A stretch of 64,000 bases of DNA. Origin: an uncultured Winogradskyella sp. Lineage in GTDB: Bacteria; Bacteroidota; Bacteroidia; Flavobacteriales; Flavobacteriaceae. The stretch is taken from contig NZ_CANMJY010000005.1 in assembly GCF_947498345.1 (NCBI RefSeq), positions 225,168 to 289,167 on the forward strand, written 5' to 3'. Position 1 is the first letter of the stretch. The number at the start of each line of letters is the position of its first letter. Below are positions 37,192-46,467 of this stretch, piece after piece. Both the position numbers and the translations under genes were made by a program. Under the pieces are notes generated by a model, which worked only from the letters and a program-made list of their open reading frames with translations, was not told the origin of the DNA and made no database searches.

Positions 37192-37321
37192 CAACGTGTA
37201 TAGCGCATTGCGGTTGAATTCCTAATCGGAATTCATTGCAATTCACTATCTTTCGGTTACGTCGGATAATCCTAACTGATTTTCCGCAACTAACCATACA
37301 CGAACACGTTAGCTACAACTT
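37180..37321 (+). repeat. attC-like imperfect palindrome 2 (121 bp from AAC to GTT)
   Basis: AAC..GTT ends, gtgtat/atacac, ttgcgg/ccgcaa, inner gaattcc/ggaattc; end motifs shared with palindrome 1. Confidence 0.85.
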
Positions 37322-37435
37322 AACCTCTCTGCAAACTACAATCAAAAATTTACAAATTTATGTTAAACTAAAAAAATAGTTATATAACTATTTTTTTAGT
37401 TTTTATATTAGTCTGAATATTAAATCTTCTACTTT

Positions 37436-38746
37436 ATGAAAAAAGTTATAATACTCATAATTGTAATAATTTTAAATTCTGCCTGTAATAAATTCAATGG
37501 CAATAGTGAATTAAATTTTGAATTTCCAAAAAGTAAAATGGGTGAATTTGCAAAGGACTGGTTCTCTTATATCAATTCCAGAAATGACAATTATTTATTG
37601 ACTTACGATAAGAACAAAGAGTGGGAAGATCATTTATCTATGATAAAAGATATTTCTAGTCGAGTAGATGGCATAACACCGTATCTTATTTCTTATGAAA
37701 CTGAAGATTTCATTTCTATTTATTCAAAAGAAAAAAAAGGGTCATGGATAAAGGTTAATTTAGGATTGAATAGTGTAAATGAAATTACTGCAGCTGGTCT
37801 TAAAAAAACATATAAACCCATAGATTATGATCTCCGAAAGAAGTTAACAATAAAAGAAGTTAAAGAGATTATCGCTGATGTTTCTGAAAATTTAAGAACT
37901 AACTATGTCATTGAAAAGTCAAGGAGTATACTTGCCAATGAAATAGATCAATTTATGGCCAATGGAAGATATAACTCTATCAATCAAGGAGATTTACTTG
38001 CAGATGTATTAACAAAAGACTTAATCAACATCAGTAATGATAAGCACTTACAAATAATTCCTCCTAGTAGAATTTTAGAAGTAGAAAGTAGATTTGGAAT
38101 TACTAAGGATGAATTAGATTTTAATTTACCATTGGGTGATGAAACGTTAAAACTATCTAATATTAGCGCAAAAGTTCTTGAAAACAATATTGGTTACATT
38201 AAATTGGAAAGATTCGTATCCAATCTAAAAACCATTAACGACACCAAAGATGCATTTTCAACTCTTCTTGACACCAAGGCTGTTATTATTGATATAAGGT
38301 ATTCTAGTGGTGGTGATGGCTTGGCAGTTGCCGACTTATTATCTTACTTCTTTAAAAAAAATGAGCTAATTGCAACTTTAGCTGAATTGGGTGAAATTTC
38401 TTATCCTGAAAATAATACTAAAATAGATAACCTAAAATCTAAATTTCTGAAAAAACCATTATATGTTTTAACCAGTTCAAAAACTATTTCAGCTGGTGAG
38501 GCTTTTGTATATTTACTCAAAGCTAAAAAAAGAGCTCTTATTATTGGCGAAAAAACAGCTGGAGCAGGATTTAGGGTTGATGCATTCAAATTATCTAATG
38601 GATTTTATTTCGTTAATTCCATTTATACGAGTTTTGATATTGAAAACGGTGAAGGATGGCAAGGCTCTGGGGTATTACCCGATATTAACCTAGATAAAGC
38701 TAAATCTTTGGACGAAGCTATATCAATAATCCTTAACAAAGAATAA
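37436..38746 (+). CDS. S41 family peptidase (lipoprotein)
   Basis: Lipobox LNSAC, NIGYIKL, IIDIRYSSGGD, TISAGE, IIGEKTAGAG, GSGVLPDI. Confidence 0.88.
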   Translation: MKKVIILIIVIILNSACNKFNGNSELNFEFPKSKMGEFAKDWFSYINSRNDNYLLTYDKNKEWEDHLSMIKDISSRVDGITPYLISYETEDFISIYSKEKKGSWIKVNLGLNSVNEITAAGLKKTYKPIDYDLRKKLTIKEVKEIIADVSENLRTNYVIEKSRSILANEIDQFMANGRYNSINQGDLLADVLTKDLINISNDKHLQIIPPSRILEVESRFGITKDELDFNLPLGDETLKLSNISAKVLENNIGYIKLERFVSNLKTINDTKDAFSTLLDTKAVIIDIRYSSGGDGLAVADLLSYFFKKNELIATLAELGEISYPENNTKIDNLKSKFLKKPLYVLTSSKTISAGEAFVYLLKAKKRALIIGEKTAGAGFRVDAFKLSNGFYFVNSIYTSFDIENGEGWQGSGVLPDINLDKAKSLDEAISIILNKE

Positions 38747-38817
38747 TATAACTACATCTAATTAAAATAAAACCTTGGCAAGGTATAACTTAAACTGAAA
38801 CAGTAATCAAACTACTT

Positions 38818-40278
38818 ATGACTACCAGAACCCTAATTTTAAAAAGTCTTATAATATTATTAAGCTTTTCAGCTTGTGGTCAAATATCCTCAAATCAAAA
38901 AGGAATATCTAATGATGTTAAAATTGAATCAAACTATTTAGTAAAGGATTTAGAAACCTTAAAGTTATGGATAGAAAAAGCACATGGTGATCCTTACCGA
39001 TTTACTTCTAAAGAGGCTTTAGATAGTCAATTCGTATTAGCAAAAAAGAAAGTTTTGGCAAACAAACAAATAACAGCAAACGCCTTTGCAGGAATAGTAA
39101 TGCCCATTATTGCAGAATTAAGGGACGGTCACGCTCAAGTATTTCTTCCAGATTTAGATAAGATAGAAGGAAACATAATATTTCCTTTAAAATTTATATT
39201 TATCAACAATAAGCCACATGTAATTTCTGTTTTTTTTAAAAATGATAAAGTGGAAATTGGATCAGAAATATTGGAAATAAACGGGCAAAATGTAACATCA
39301 TTTTTCAATGAGATTATTCCTTATTTACACAGAGATGGGAATATAGAAAATGTTAGATACAGACGACTTCAAAATCAAATCTATTTTACAAAAGTAATGA
39401 TTGCCCTTGGAAAAGCTAAAGCAACATACGTTTTAAAACTTAAAACCAGAGAAGGAAAAATCATAACAACCTCTATAAGTGGTTTAAGCCAATTAGAATA
39501 TAATAGTAAAAAATCAAAAGATAAAGCATCAACCACGGCTCTAACCTATAAAAGAATAGATACCATAGAATCAACCTCCATTATAGATATTAATTCGTTT
39601 AATCCTCATTATTATCAGAAAGGAAAGTTTTATCAAAAGATAGATAGCATTATGAATATTGTTCAAAAAGATGACATCTCTAATTTAATTATTGACTTAA
39701 GAAATAATAATGGTGGGGAAGACTCTTATGTGATGTACTTATTGAGATACATATTAAATGACGGGTTTGCAATGAGCAGTGAAGTAACTTTTTCTCAAAA
39801 TGATTATAAATTTTTGCCAGATGGTAAACATTGGGATATTGACCCTAAATGTTTTAAACCTAATGATAAAGGAAGTTATGACGCTACCGAATTCTTATGG
39901 GAAGAATATCCTACATTAGGTACATTTCTACCTTTCAAAACTCGCTTTGGAGGCAAACTAGTTGTATTGATCAATGCTTTTACATTTTCAGCTGCCTCTG
40001 ATTTTGCAGCTCAACTACAATTTCATAAAAGAGCAACTTTTGTCGGTGAGGAAACTGGCGGAAGTCGTATCGGAAATGTTAGTGGTTATGTTCCTACCTT
40101 AGATTTACCAAATTCGCAAGTGAAAATTAATTTACCACTGATGAGCATTAAAAATCCTTTTTTTAATTCTCACTTTTCTGACAGAGGTGTAATTCCAGAC
40201 TATATGCTAGAACTAGGTATAAATGACATTTTAAAACAAAATGATATCGTTCTTAAAAAAGCAATAAGCCTTTTTTAA
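38818..40278 (+). CDS. S41 family peptidase (lipoprotein)
   Basis: Lipobox SFSAC, DGHA, IIDLRNNNGG, TFSAASDF, VGEETGG, GVIPD. Confidence 0.88.
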   Translation: MTTRTLILKSLIILLSFSACGQISSNQKGISNDVKIESNYLVKDLETLKLWIEKAHGDPYRFTSKEALDSQFVLAKKKVLANKQITANAFAGIVMPIIAELRDGHAQVFLPDLDKIEGNIIFPLKFIFINNKPHVISVFFKNDKVEIGSEILEINGQNVTSFFNEIIPYLHRDGNIENVRYRRLQNQIYFTKVMIALGKAKATYVLKLKTREGKIITTSISGLSQLEYNSKKSKDKASTTALTYKRIDTIESTSIIDINSFNPHYYQKGKFYQKIDSIMNIVQKDDISNLIIDLRNNNGGEDSYVMYLLRYILNDGFAMSSEVTFSQNDYKFLPDGKHWDIDPKCFKPNDKGSYDATEFLWEEYPTLGTFLPFKTRFGGKLVVLINAFTFSAASDFAAQLQFHKRATFVGEETGGSRIGNVSGYVPTLDLPNSQVKINLPLMSIKNPFFNSHFSDRGVIPDYMLELGINDILKQNDIVLKKAISLF

Positions 40279-40284
40279 GAATTT

Positions 40285-40319
40285 AACTGGCTACAACAAC
40301 CTATATAAAAATAGCGGTT
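40285..40319 (+). repeat. Left half of an attC-like element (truncated)
   Basis: ggctacAACaacctatataaaaatagcgg parallels ggctAACaacgtgtatagcgcattgcgg of palindrome 2; starts 7 bp after a stop codon; no right half. Confidence 0.5.
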
Positions 40320-40348
40320 AAGTTGATTAATCAGAATAAAACGAATAA

Positions 40349-40927
40349 ATGACTGAAAGTACTTTAATAAACCATATAAAAACTTATGTAACCCTTTCTG
40401 AAGAAGAATTATCAGAGATCATGACTTTTTTCGACGGTCATTCTTACAGTAAAAAGGAAACACTACTTCTTGCCGGAAAACGATGTAATAAACTATTTTT
40501 TGTAGCAAAAGGATGCTTACAATTATACTTTATAGATCATCTAGGCAATAAAAAAACATCGCAATTCGCCATGGAAAATTGGTGGTTAACAGACTTCTTA
40601 GCTTTTCAAAATCAAAAGCAATCCGATTTCTATATTGAAACTGTCGAAAACTCAAAGGTTTTATCGATTTCTTTTTTAAAATATCAAGAACTGTTAAATA
40701 GATTTCCTAAGATGGAGAAATATTTCAGATGTATATACCAAAGAGCTTATGGTGCTGCATTACTGCGCCTAAAATATATAAACAGCCTTTCTAAAGAAGA
40801 AATGTTTTTTAGGTTTAAAGATAATTTCCCCGAATTTGTACAACGTGTACCACAATACCTTTTAGCAAGTTTTCTTGGTTTAACACCCGAATATTTGAGC
40901 GAGATAAAAAAGAAGCAACTTTCTTAA
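40349..40927 (+). CDS. Crp/Fnr family transcriptional regulator (cNMP-binding)
   Basis: LFFVAKGCL, FAMENWW, VPQYLLASFLGLTPEYLS. Confidence 0.9.
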   Translation: MTESTLINHIKTYVTLSEEELSEIMTFFDGHSYSKKETLLLAGKRCNKLFFVAKGCLQLYFIDHLGNKKTSQFAMENWWLTDFLAFQNQKQSDFYIETVENSKVLSISFLKYQELLNRFPKMEKYFRCIYQRAYGAALLRLKYINSLSKEEMFFRFKDNFPEFVQRVPQYLLASFLGLTPEYLSEIKKKQLS

Positions 40928-40991
40928 ACCAGTTTAATTTTTTTTAGAACTTCCTCCAATAATTTTGCTCTAAATCTATAAAGCAAAACTA

Positions 40992-41456
40992 ATGGAACGT
41001 ATTACCTATCAAGATATTCCTGGCGGAATGTTTGAGAACTTAAGAACAATAGAAACTACTATTGAAAACACAACACTCAGCAAAAGTCTAATTGAATTAA
41101 TTCGGTTAAGAACGGCTCAATTAAATGGTTGTGCCTATTGTGTAGATATGCATTACAAAGAATTAAAACATTTAGGGGAAATTGAGTTGCGATTATCATC
41201 CCTTTGCGTTTGGGAAGAAACGCATTATTTTTCAGAGGAAGAAGAAGCTGTATTGAGACTAACCGATACACTTACCAAACTTAACCACAAGCCTTTTAAA
41301 GATGAGATATTCAATAAACTATTAAAGCACTTTATTAAACAGGAAATTTGCTATATAACCCTTGCTATAGCTCAAAGCAATACATGGAATCGCTTAATGA
41401 AAGTATTTGGGTTTACTCCCGGAAATTACACCGTAAATCAATACAAGACCAATTAA
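40992..41456 (+). CDS. Carboxymuconolactone decarboxylase / AhpD-like protein
   Basis: ELIRLRTAQLNGCAYCVDMH, SNTWNRL. Confidence 0.9.
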   Translation: MERITYQDIPGGMFENLRTIETTIENTTLSKSLIELIRLRTAQLNGCAYCVDMHYKELKHLGEIELRLSSLCVWEETHYFSEEEEAVLRLTDTLTKLNHKPFKDEIFNKLLKHFIKQEICYITLAIAQSNTWNRLMKVFGFTPGNYTVNQYKTN

Positions 41457-41468
41457 AAAGACCAAAAA

Positions 41469-42218
41469 ATGAAAAAAATACTAACACAAATAATTGTACT
41501 AATTGTTTTAATAAGTTGTAATTCTAACAAGGATGAGCACACATCAAATAGTGATATAATCCCTCAATACGAAAAGAAAACGGATACGCTTACAAAACAC
41601 TTAAAACTATTTAAACCCGAGCTGCCTACTATCGGTCTTCTGATGTTTAATGGTGTTTTACAAGGAGAAGTAATAGCTACATCTGATGTTTTTGGGAAAC
41701 CTAATCAAAATATGGAGCAACTTTTTAACGTCATTGCAATAGCAGAAACAAAAAACCCAATTACTACAGAAGAGGGTATGCATTTTGTACCAGATTACAC
41801 ATTTGAAAACTGTCCAAAATTAACAGCCTTATTTGTTCCCAGTGGTTATGATATGTACGCTCAAGTACATAATAAAAAAATGATAGATTTTATAAAAAGG
41901 AAAAATGAGGAGACGAAATACATCGTAAGCAATTGTGCCGGAGCACAACTCATAGGAGCATCCGGAATCGCCGACGCACATAAGATAGTAACGTATATTG
42001 GTGGCGGAAATCAACTACAAAAAGATTACCCAAATCTAAAAGTACAGAATGACAGTCTGATAACTTTTGTTGAAGACGGAAAATTCAGTTCTTCAAACGG
42101 AAACTTAGCAAGTTATATTTCTGCCCTTAACTTATTAGAAAAAATGACAAGTACTGAGCACAAAGAATTTATAGAAAGCTATCTATACCTAGATCGGCTT
42201 CAAAATTGGAATAAATAA
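41469..42218 (+). CDS. DJ-1/PfpI family lipoprotein
   Basis: Lipobox LISC, VPDYTF, LFVPSG, SNCAGA. Confidence 0.85.
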   Translation: MKKILTQIIVLIVLISCNSNKDEHTSNSDIIPQYEKKTDTLTKHLKLFKPELPTIGLLMFNGVLQGEVIATSDVFGKPNQNMEQLFNVIAIAETKNPITTEEGMHFVPDYTFENCPKLTALFVPSGYDMYAQVHNKKMIDFIKRKNEETKYIVSNCAGAQLIGASGIADAHKIVTYIGGGNQLQKDYPNLKVQNDSLITFVEDGKFSSSNGNLASYISALNLLEKMTSTEHKEFIESYLYLDRLQNWNK

Positions 42219-42284
42219 ATACCACAAACAACACTTAATAGAACATAACAGTTTATGCTCAACTCAAACCGTTTTCATATAATT
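42219..42284 (+). repeat. Short degenerate attC-like element
   Basis: Begins at a stop codon with AACAAC, inner gaacataa/ttatgctc hairpin, ends aaaccGTT like palindromes 1 and 2. Confidence 0.45.
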
Positions 42285-42318
42285 GAAGTATATTGTAGTC
42301 TATAAAACAACAATAAAA

Positions 42319-42759
42319 ATGATACATAGATTACAATTTTCGATCAATATCAAGGCTGAAAAAAATGTGATATGGCGAGCATTATGGGGTGCAGATTATT
42401 ATCGTGATTGGGTTAGTGTATTTTTTGATGGTTCTTATGCCGTAACAGATAATTGGAAAGAAAAAAGCAAAGTTTTATTTCTGGCTCCAGACAAAAGTGG
42501 AATATATAGTATTATTGAAACACATATTCCGAATAAAATTATGAGTTTTAAACACATCGGAAATGTGGTAAAAGGACAAGAACAACCCATTGACGATGAT
42601 ACAAGAAAATGGTCTGGTGCTACAGAAACATATACAATTACCAAAGAAAAAAACAGTAATAAACTTACTGTTGAAATAGATATCCTTGATGAGCATCTTG
42701 ACTTTATGAAAAACACATTTCCTAAAGCATTAGAAAAGGTAAAAGCTAACTGCAATTAA
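42319..42759 (+). CDS. SRPBCC/AHSA1-like domain protein
   Basis: FSINIKA...VIW..LW...YRDW, WSGATETY, FPKALEKVK; ATG 42319 preferred. Confidence 0.75.
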   Translation: MIHRLQFSINIKAEKNVIWRALWGADYYRDWVSVFFDGSYAVTDNWKEKSKVLFLAPDKSGIYSIIETHIPNKIMSFKHIGNVVKGQEQPIDDDTRKWSGATETYTITKEKNSNKLTVEIDILDEHLDFMKNTFPKALEKVKANCN

Positions 42760-42766
42760 CATAGAA

Positions 42767-43066
42767 ATGGAAGGCAAAATTGAATATAAATTTTCAACAA
42801 AAATATGGAAGCATAACTCCTCGGGAGGTTGGCATTTTGTTTCCTTGCCAAAAACTATATCAAAAGAAATAAGGAAAAATCTAAAATGGCAGGAAGAAGG
42901 TTGGGGAAGAATGAAAGCTCATGCCCAAATTGATGCTCATAAATGGGAAACTGCTATTTGGTTTGACTCTAAAAAAGGGACTTACCTACTCCCTATCAAA
43001 GCTGAAATTAGGAAAAAATCAAATCTAAAAACGAATAATAAAATTAAAATGAATATTTGGGTTTAG
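42767..43066 (+). CDS. DUF1905 family protein
   Basis: GGWHFVSLP, GWGRMK, WETAIW, YLLPIKAEIRK. Confidence 0.8.
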   Translation: MEGKIEYKFSTKIWKHNSSGGWHFVSLPKTISKEIRKNLKWQEEGWGRMKAHAQIDAHKWETAIWFDSKKGTYLLPIKAEIRKKSNLKTNNKIKMNIWV

Positions 43067-43143
43067 ATGAAAAATAAACACACTAACCATGCTGATAATA
43101 CTTTTATAACAAATCTATTTATTGTTATTTCCTAATTAGCGTA

Positions 43144-43911
43144 ATGTTAAAACAAAATGCAATGATTAGAATACACGCTGCTTACCACAAATGCCTTACT
43201 ATGTTTTTCTTTAGAACGGCCAATAATGCTCTAAACACTTTAGCGCTTTCAAGAAAAAAACAATACGAACATTTTGAGAGTATACAAGGGCTGTTTTATA
43301 ATACAATGAACCAATACTATCTTTGCTCTATTAATAATTTTGCCCCTAATATTGACAAAATAAATGGGGATTTCCGTATAAGCAGGTTTGTTAGAGACCC
43401 TCGAGATCTTATTGTCTCTGGGTATTTTTATCATAAAAGAGGAGCAGAACCTTGGTTTCGATTTAAAGATCCTACTGAAGAATATTGGAGCGCAATCAAT
43501 GGTCATGTACCTTCAGGCATGCCTTCAGGTAAATCTTTTGCTGAATATTTAAGCACATTAAATGAGTCGGATGGTTTAATGAAGGAGATAGAGTTTAGAA
43601 AATATCATTTGGAAAGTATGAGACAATGGCCAAAAGATACTCGTATCAAAACTTTTAGATATGAAGATATAATTTCTGATCAGGTCGGTGCTTTTTCTGA
43701 AATACTAGATCATCTCCAAATCAAAGGTTTTAAAAGAAAAAAACTTCTGCTTTTTGCCAATAGATATGCGTTACAAAACAGAAAAAATGATAAGCATATA
43801 AGAAACCCTCAAGCTAGTCAATGGAGAAAATATTTTACTCCAAAAATGAATACGGATTTTGTTCAGGAATATGGAGATATCTTAGAAAGATATGGATACC
43901 CAAAAGAATAA
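43144..43911 (+). CDS. Sulfotransferase domain protein
   Basis: HKCLT (5'-PSB variant), RDPRDLIVSGY (3'-PB), RYEDI, HIRN. Confidence 0.8.
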   Translation: MLKQNAMIRIHAAYHKCLTMFFFRTANNALNTLALSRKKQYEHFESIQGLFYNTMNQYYLCSINNFAPNIDKINGDFRISRFVRDPRDLIVSGYFYHKRGAEPWFRFKDPTEEYWSAINGHVPSGMPSGKSFAEYLSTLNESDGLMKEIEFRKYHLESMRQWPKDTRIKTFRYEDIISDQVGAFSEILDHLQIKGFKRKKLLLFANRYALQNRKNDKHIRNPQASQWRKYFTPKMNTDFVQEYGDILERYGYPKE

Positions 43912-44098
43912 GACTCAAAACTTATTCATCAAGCGTACCCTATGATTTAGCTACTCAATTAAAACCTGTTATTAATAACGCATACTACTAATTAACAGGT
44001 TCTCACCTACTCGGAAATTTCCATATATTAAAAAGATGAAGCAACCATTAATAAAAATTTTACGTCTTTTTAAATAACATGAACATTCAATAAAAAGA

Positions 44099-45175
44099 AT
44101 GAAAAAACGAATAATAGGAATCGATGTAGCTAGAGCGTTAGCTGTAATCGGAATGATCATAGTAAACTTTAAAATGGTTTTTGGCCAAAATGGATCTGGT
44201 TGGATAAAATCAATTACAAGTGTTTTTGACGGAAAGGCAGCTGCAACTTTTGTTGTACTTGCGGGATTAGGGTTAGCGCTAATGACAAATTTAGCTATTA
44301 AAGACAATGATCAAACCAAACTAAAAAAGATTAAAGCTAAAATCACCAAAAGAGCCCTGTTCTTGTTTATAATAGGCATATCATACACGGCAATTTGGCC
44401 TGCAGATATTCTACATTTCTATGGTCTTTATATGGTAATCACAATACTACTATTAACAAGCAGTGAAAAAATCATTTTAACATCTGCTATTTCTATCATT
44501 ATTGCTTTTCCTATACTTATAATATTTTGGAATTATGAAACAGGTTGGAATTTTAACACATTAGAATATCTAGATTTTTGGACCATAAAAGGGTTTATGA
44601 GAAACCTCATTTTTAATGGTTTTCACCCAATAATTCCCTGGACTGCTTTTATGCTATTTGGTTATTGGTTTGGAAAGCAAAACCTGAACAATGATAAGTA
44701 TATAAGGAAAACATTTTCGGTGAGTATTCTAGTCTTTATTTTCATTCAAACTCTATCTAATTTATCTATTTCATTCTTATCTGAAGGAAACCAAAATACC
44801 GCAAAAATACTGACTGAAATTCTTGGAACAAATCCAATGCCTCCATTACCAGTCTATATGTTCAGTGGAATTTCTATTGCCTTTACCACAATCTCTGTTT
44901 GTATTATAATGGCAAAACGTTTTGAAAAAAATATCATTATTAAGGCCTTAACCGAAACCGGGCAATTGGCTTTAACTTTTTATGTAGCGCATGTTATTAT
45001 TGGCATGGGAATAATAGAAGTAATTAATTCTTCAAAAATAGGAAAGTTCTCTATTGAATTTTCAGTAGCCTATGCGTTAGGATTTAGCTTATTTTGTATT
45101 CTATTTGCCATAATTTGGAGAAACTATAAAAAACTTGGCCCGTTAGAATGGATTATACGAAAAGTTACAGATTAA
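44099..45175 (+). CDS. DUF418 family multi-pass membrane protein
   Basis: RIIGIDVARALA, GQLALTFYVAH, GPLEWIIR. Confidence 0.85.
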   Translation: MKKRIIGIDVARALAVIGMIIVNFKMVFGQNGSGWIKSITSVFDGKAAATFVVLAGLGLALMTNLAIKDNDQTKLKKIKAKITKRALFLFIIGISYTAIWPADILHFYGLYMVITILLLTSSEKIILTSAISIIIAFPILIIFWNYETGWNFNTLEYLDFWTIKGFMRNLIFNGFHPIIPWTAFMLFGYWFGKQNLNNDKYIRKTFSVSILVFIFIQTLSNLSISFLSEGNQNTAKILTEILGTNPMPPLPVYMFSGISIAFTTISVCIIMAKRFEKNIIIKALTETGQLALTFYVAHVIIGMGIIEVINSSKIGKFSIEFSVAYALGFSLFCILFAIIWRNYKKLGPLEWIIRKVTD

Positions 45176-45319
45176 GAAACCCATAGATAACTACTGTTTA
45201 ACCCTCAAACAGCTATTCATTTAATTAAAGTATATTGTAAGCTGAAAAGCAGTTATATACAACCAGTTACTGCTCATACATAATCATATAATTTTAAATA
45301 ATCCAAAGAAAAATATAAA

Positions 45320-46078
45320 ATGAGCAAACAACTAAAAAGCATGATTGAAAAGCATTGCGAAAATCCACCAGCTAAATATGATGACCTAAAAGTATTGTTT
45401 CTTAATTGTACTTTAAATCGAACACCTGTACTATCACACACTGAAGGGCTTATAAAAAAAGCACAAATGATTTTTGAATCTGTAGGTGCTTCTACAAAAA
45501 TAATTAGACCTGTTGATTATGATATTCCTGCAGGATTAGGTCTCGATATGTCTAAAACACCTGAATGGGACAAAGACGATTGGCCAATTATTCAAAAAGA
45601 AATAGATGAATGTGATATTTTAATTTTGTGTACATCTGTTTGGCTTGGAGAAAAATCCTCTGTGTGCAACCGTACACTAGAGAGAATGTATGGGTATACC
45701 CATAAGTTTAATAAAAAAGGCCAGTATAGAGATTACGACAAAGTTGGAGCTACTTTAATCACTGGAAATGAAGATGGTGTAAAACATTGTGCAATGAATA
45801 TTTTATTTTCATTATCTCACATAGGGTATACAGTTCCACCTCAAGCAGATGCAGGATGGATGGGTGAAGCTGGTCCTGGTCCTTCTTACATGGATGAAGG
45901 TTCTGGTGGTCCTGAAAATGATTTTACAAATCGAAATACTACTTTCCTAGTATGGAATTGTTTGCACTTGGCAAGATTATTAAAGGATAATGGAGGAATA
46001 CCTGCTTACGGAAATCAACCAGATGAATGGAAAGCTGGATGCCAAGCAGGATTTAATAGTCCTGAACACAAAAGATAA
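45320..46078 (+). CDS. Flavodoxin-like / NADPH-dependent FMN reductase family protein
   Basis: LFLNCTL...SHT, DILILCTSVWLG, TGNEDG, YTVPPQAD. Confidence 0.85.
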   Translation: MSKQLKSMIEKHCENPPAKYDDLKVLFLNCTLNRTPVLSHTEGLIKKAQMIFESVGASTKIIRPVDYDIPAGLGLDMSKTPEWDKDDWPIIQKEIDECDILILCTSVWLGEKSSVCNRTLERMYGYTHKFNKKGQYRDYDKVGATLITGNEDGVKHCAMNILFSLSHIGYTVPPQADAGWMGEAGPGPSYMDEGSGGPENDFTNRNTTFLVWNCLHLARLLKDNGGIPAYGNQPDEWKAGCQAGFNSPEHKR

Positions 46079-46081
46079 AAA

Positions 46082-46369
46082 CTAATCTTTATAGCTTATA
46101 CGATCTCTAATCCCTCCATTTTGACGATGGATAATTACATCTGCTTTATAACGCTTAGCCAAGGTTTTTGCCTTACGTATAGCAGTACTTTGCTTCCTAT
46201 GTTTTGAGGTAATGCGTTTATTGCCCTCGCGTCGTATAGCCCAACCGTTTTCATAAGGTACAACATGTTGATGCCAAGTACGTTTTTTATCACTTCTATA
46301 GCCCAAAGCATTTAGAATGGCTTCTATAAGTTTTAGGATAGCATCTAAGAGAGTATTTTGCTTAGGCAT
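46082..46369 (-). CDS. DUF2188 family protein
   Basis: HQHVVPYENGWAIRREG, VIIHRQNGGIRDRISY. Confidence 0.85.
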   Translation of the reverse strand: MPKQNTLLDAILKLIEAILNALGYRSDKKRTWHQHVVPYENGWAIRREGNKRITSKHRKQSTAIRKAKTLAKRYKADVIIHRQNGGIRDRISYKD

Positions 46370-46441
46370 TAAAATATTTATTTTTAGATTGTTACCTCCA
46401 TATAATTCTCAATGACGATTATAATAACCTAAGATAAAAAA

Positions 46442-46461
46442 GCCCTTGGGTTGGCAAGGGC
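46442..46461. terminator. Possible terminator hairpin
   Basis: gcccttg / caagggc stem just past the stop of 46468..47205, with a T run on the minus strand. Confidence 0.55.
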
Positions 46462-46467
46462 AATAAA

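Noticed and set aside
36487-37321. Repeats read as a CRISPR array or as simple terminators
   Set aside because: Elements are ~120 bp, non-identical, separated by whole genes, with no cas genes and no poly-T tails. End complementarity across each gene is not explained by terminators.
38773-38785. Small hairpin accttg-g-caaggt between the S41 genes
   Set aside because: Too short and lacks the conserved boxes; not counted as a cassette site.
43962-44002. Inverted repeat aacctgtta/taacaggtt between the sulfotransferase and DUF418 genes
   Set aside because: A real 9-bp stem, but without the AAC/GTT end boxes of the array sites; function not assignable.
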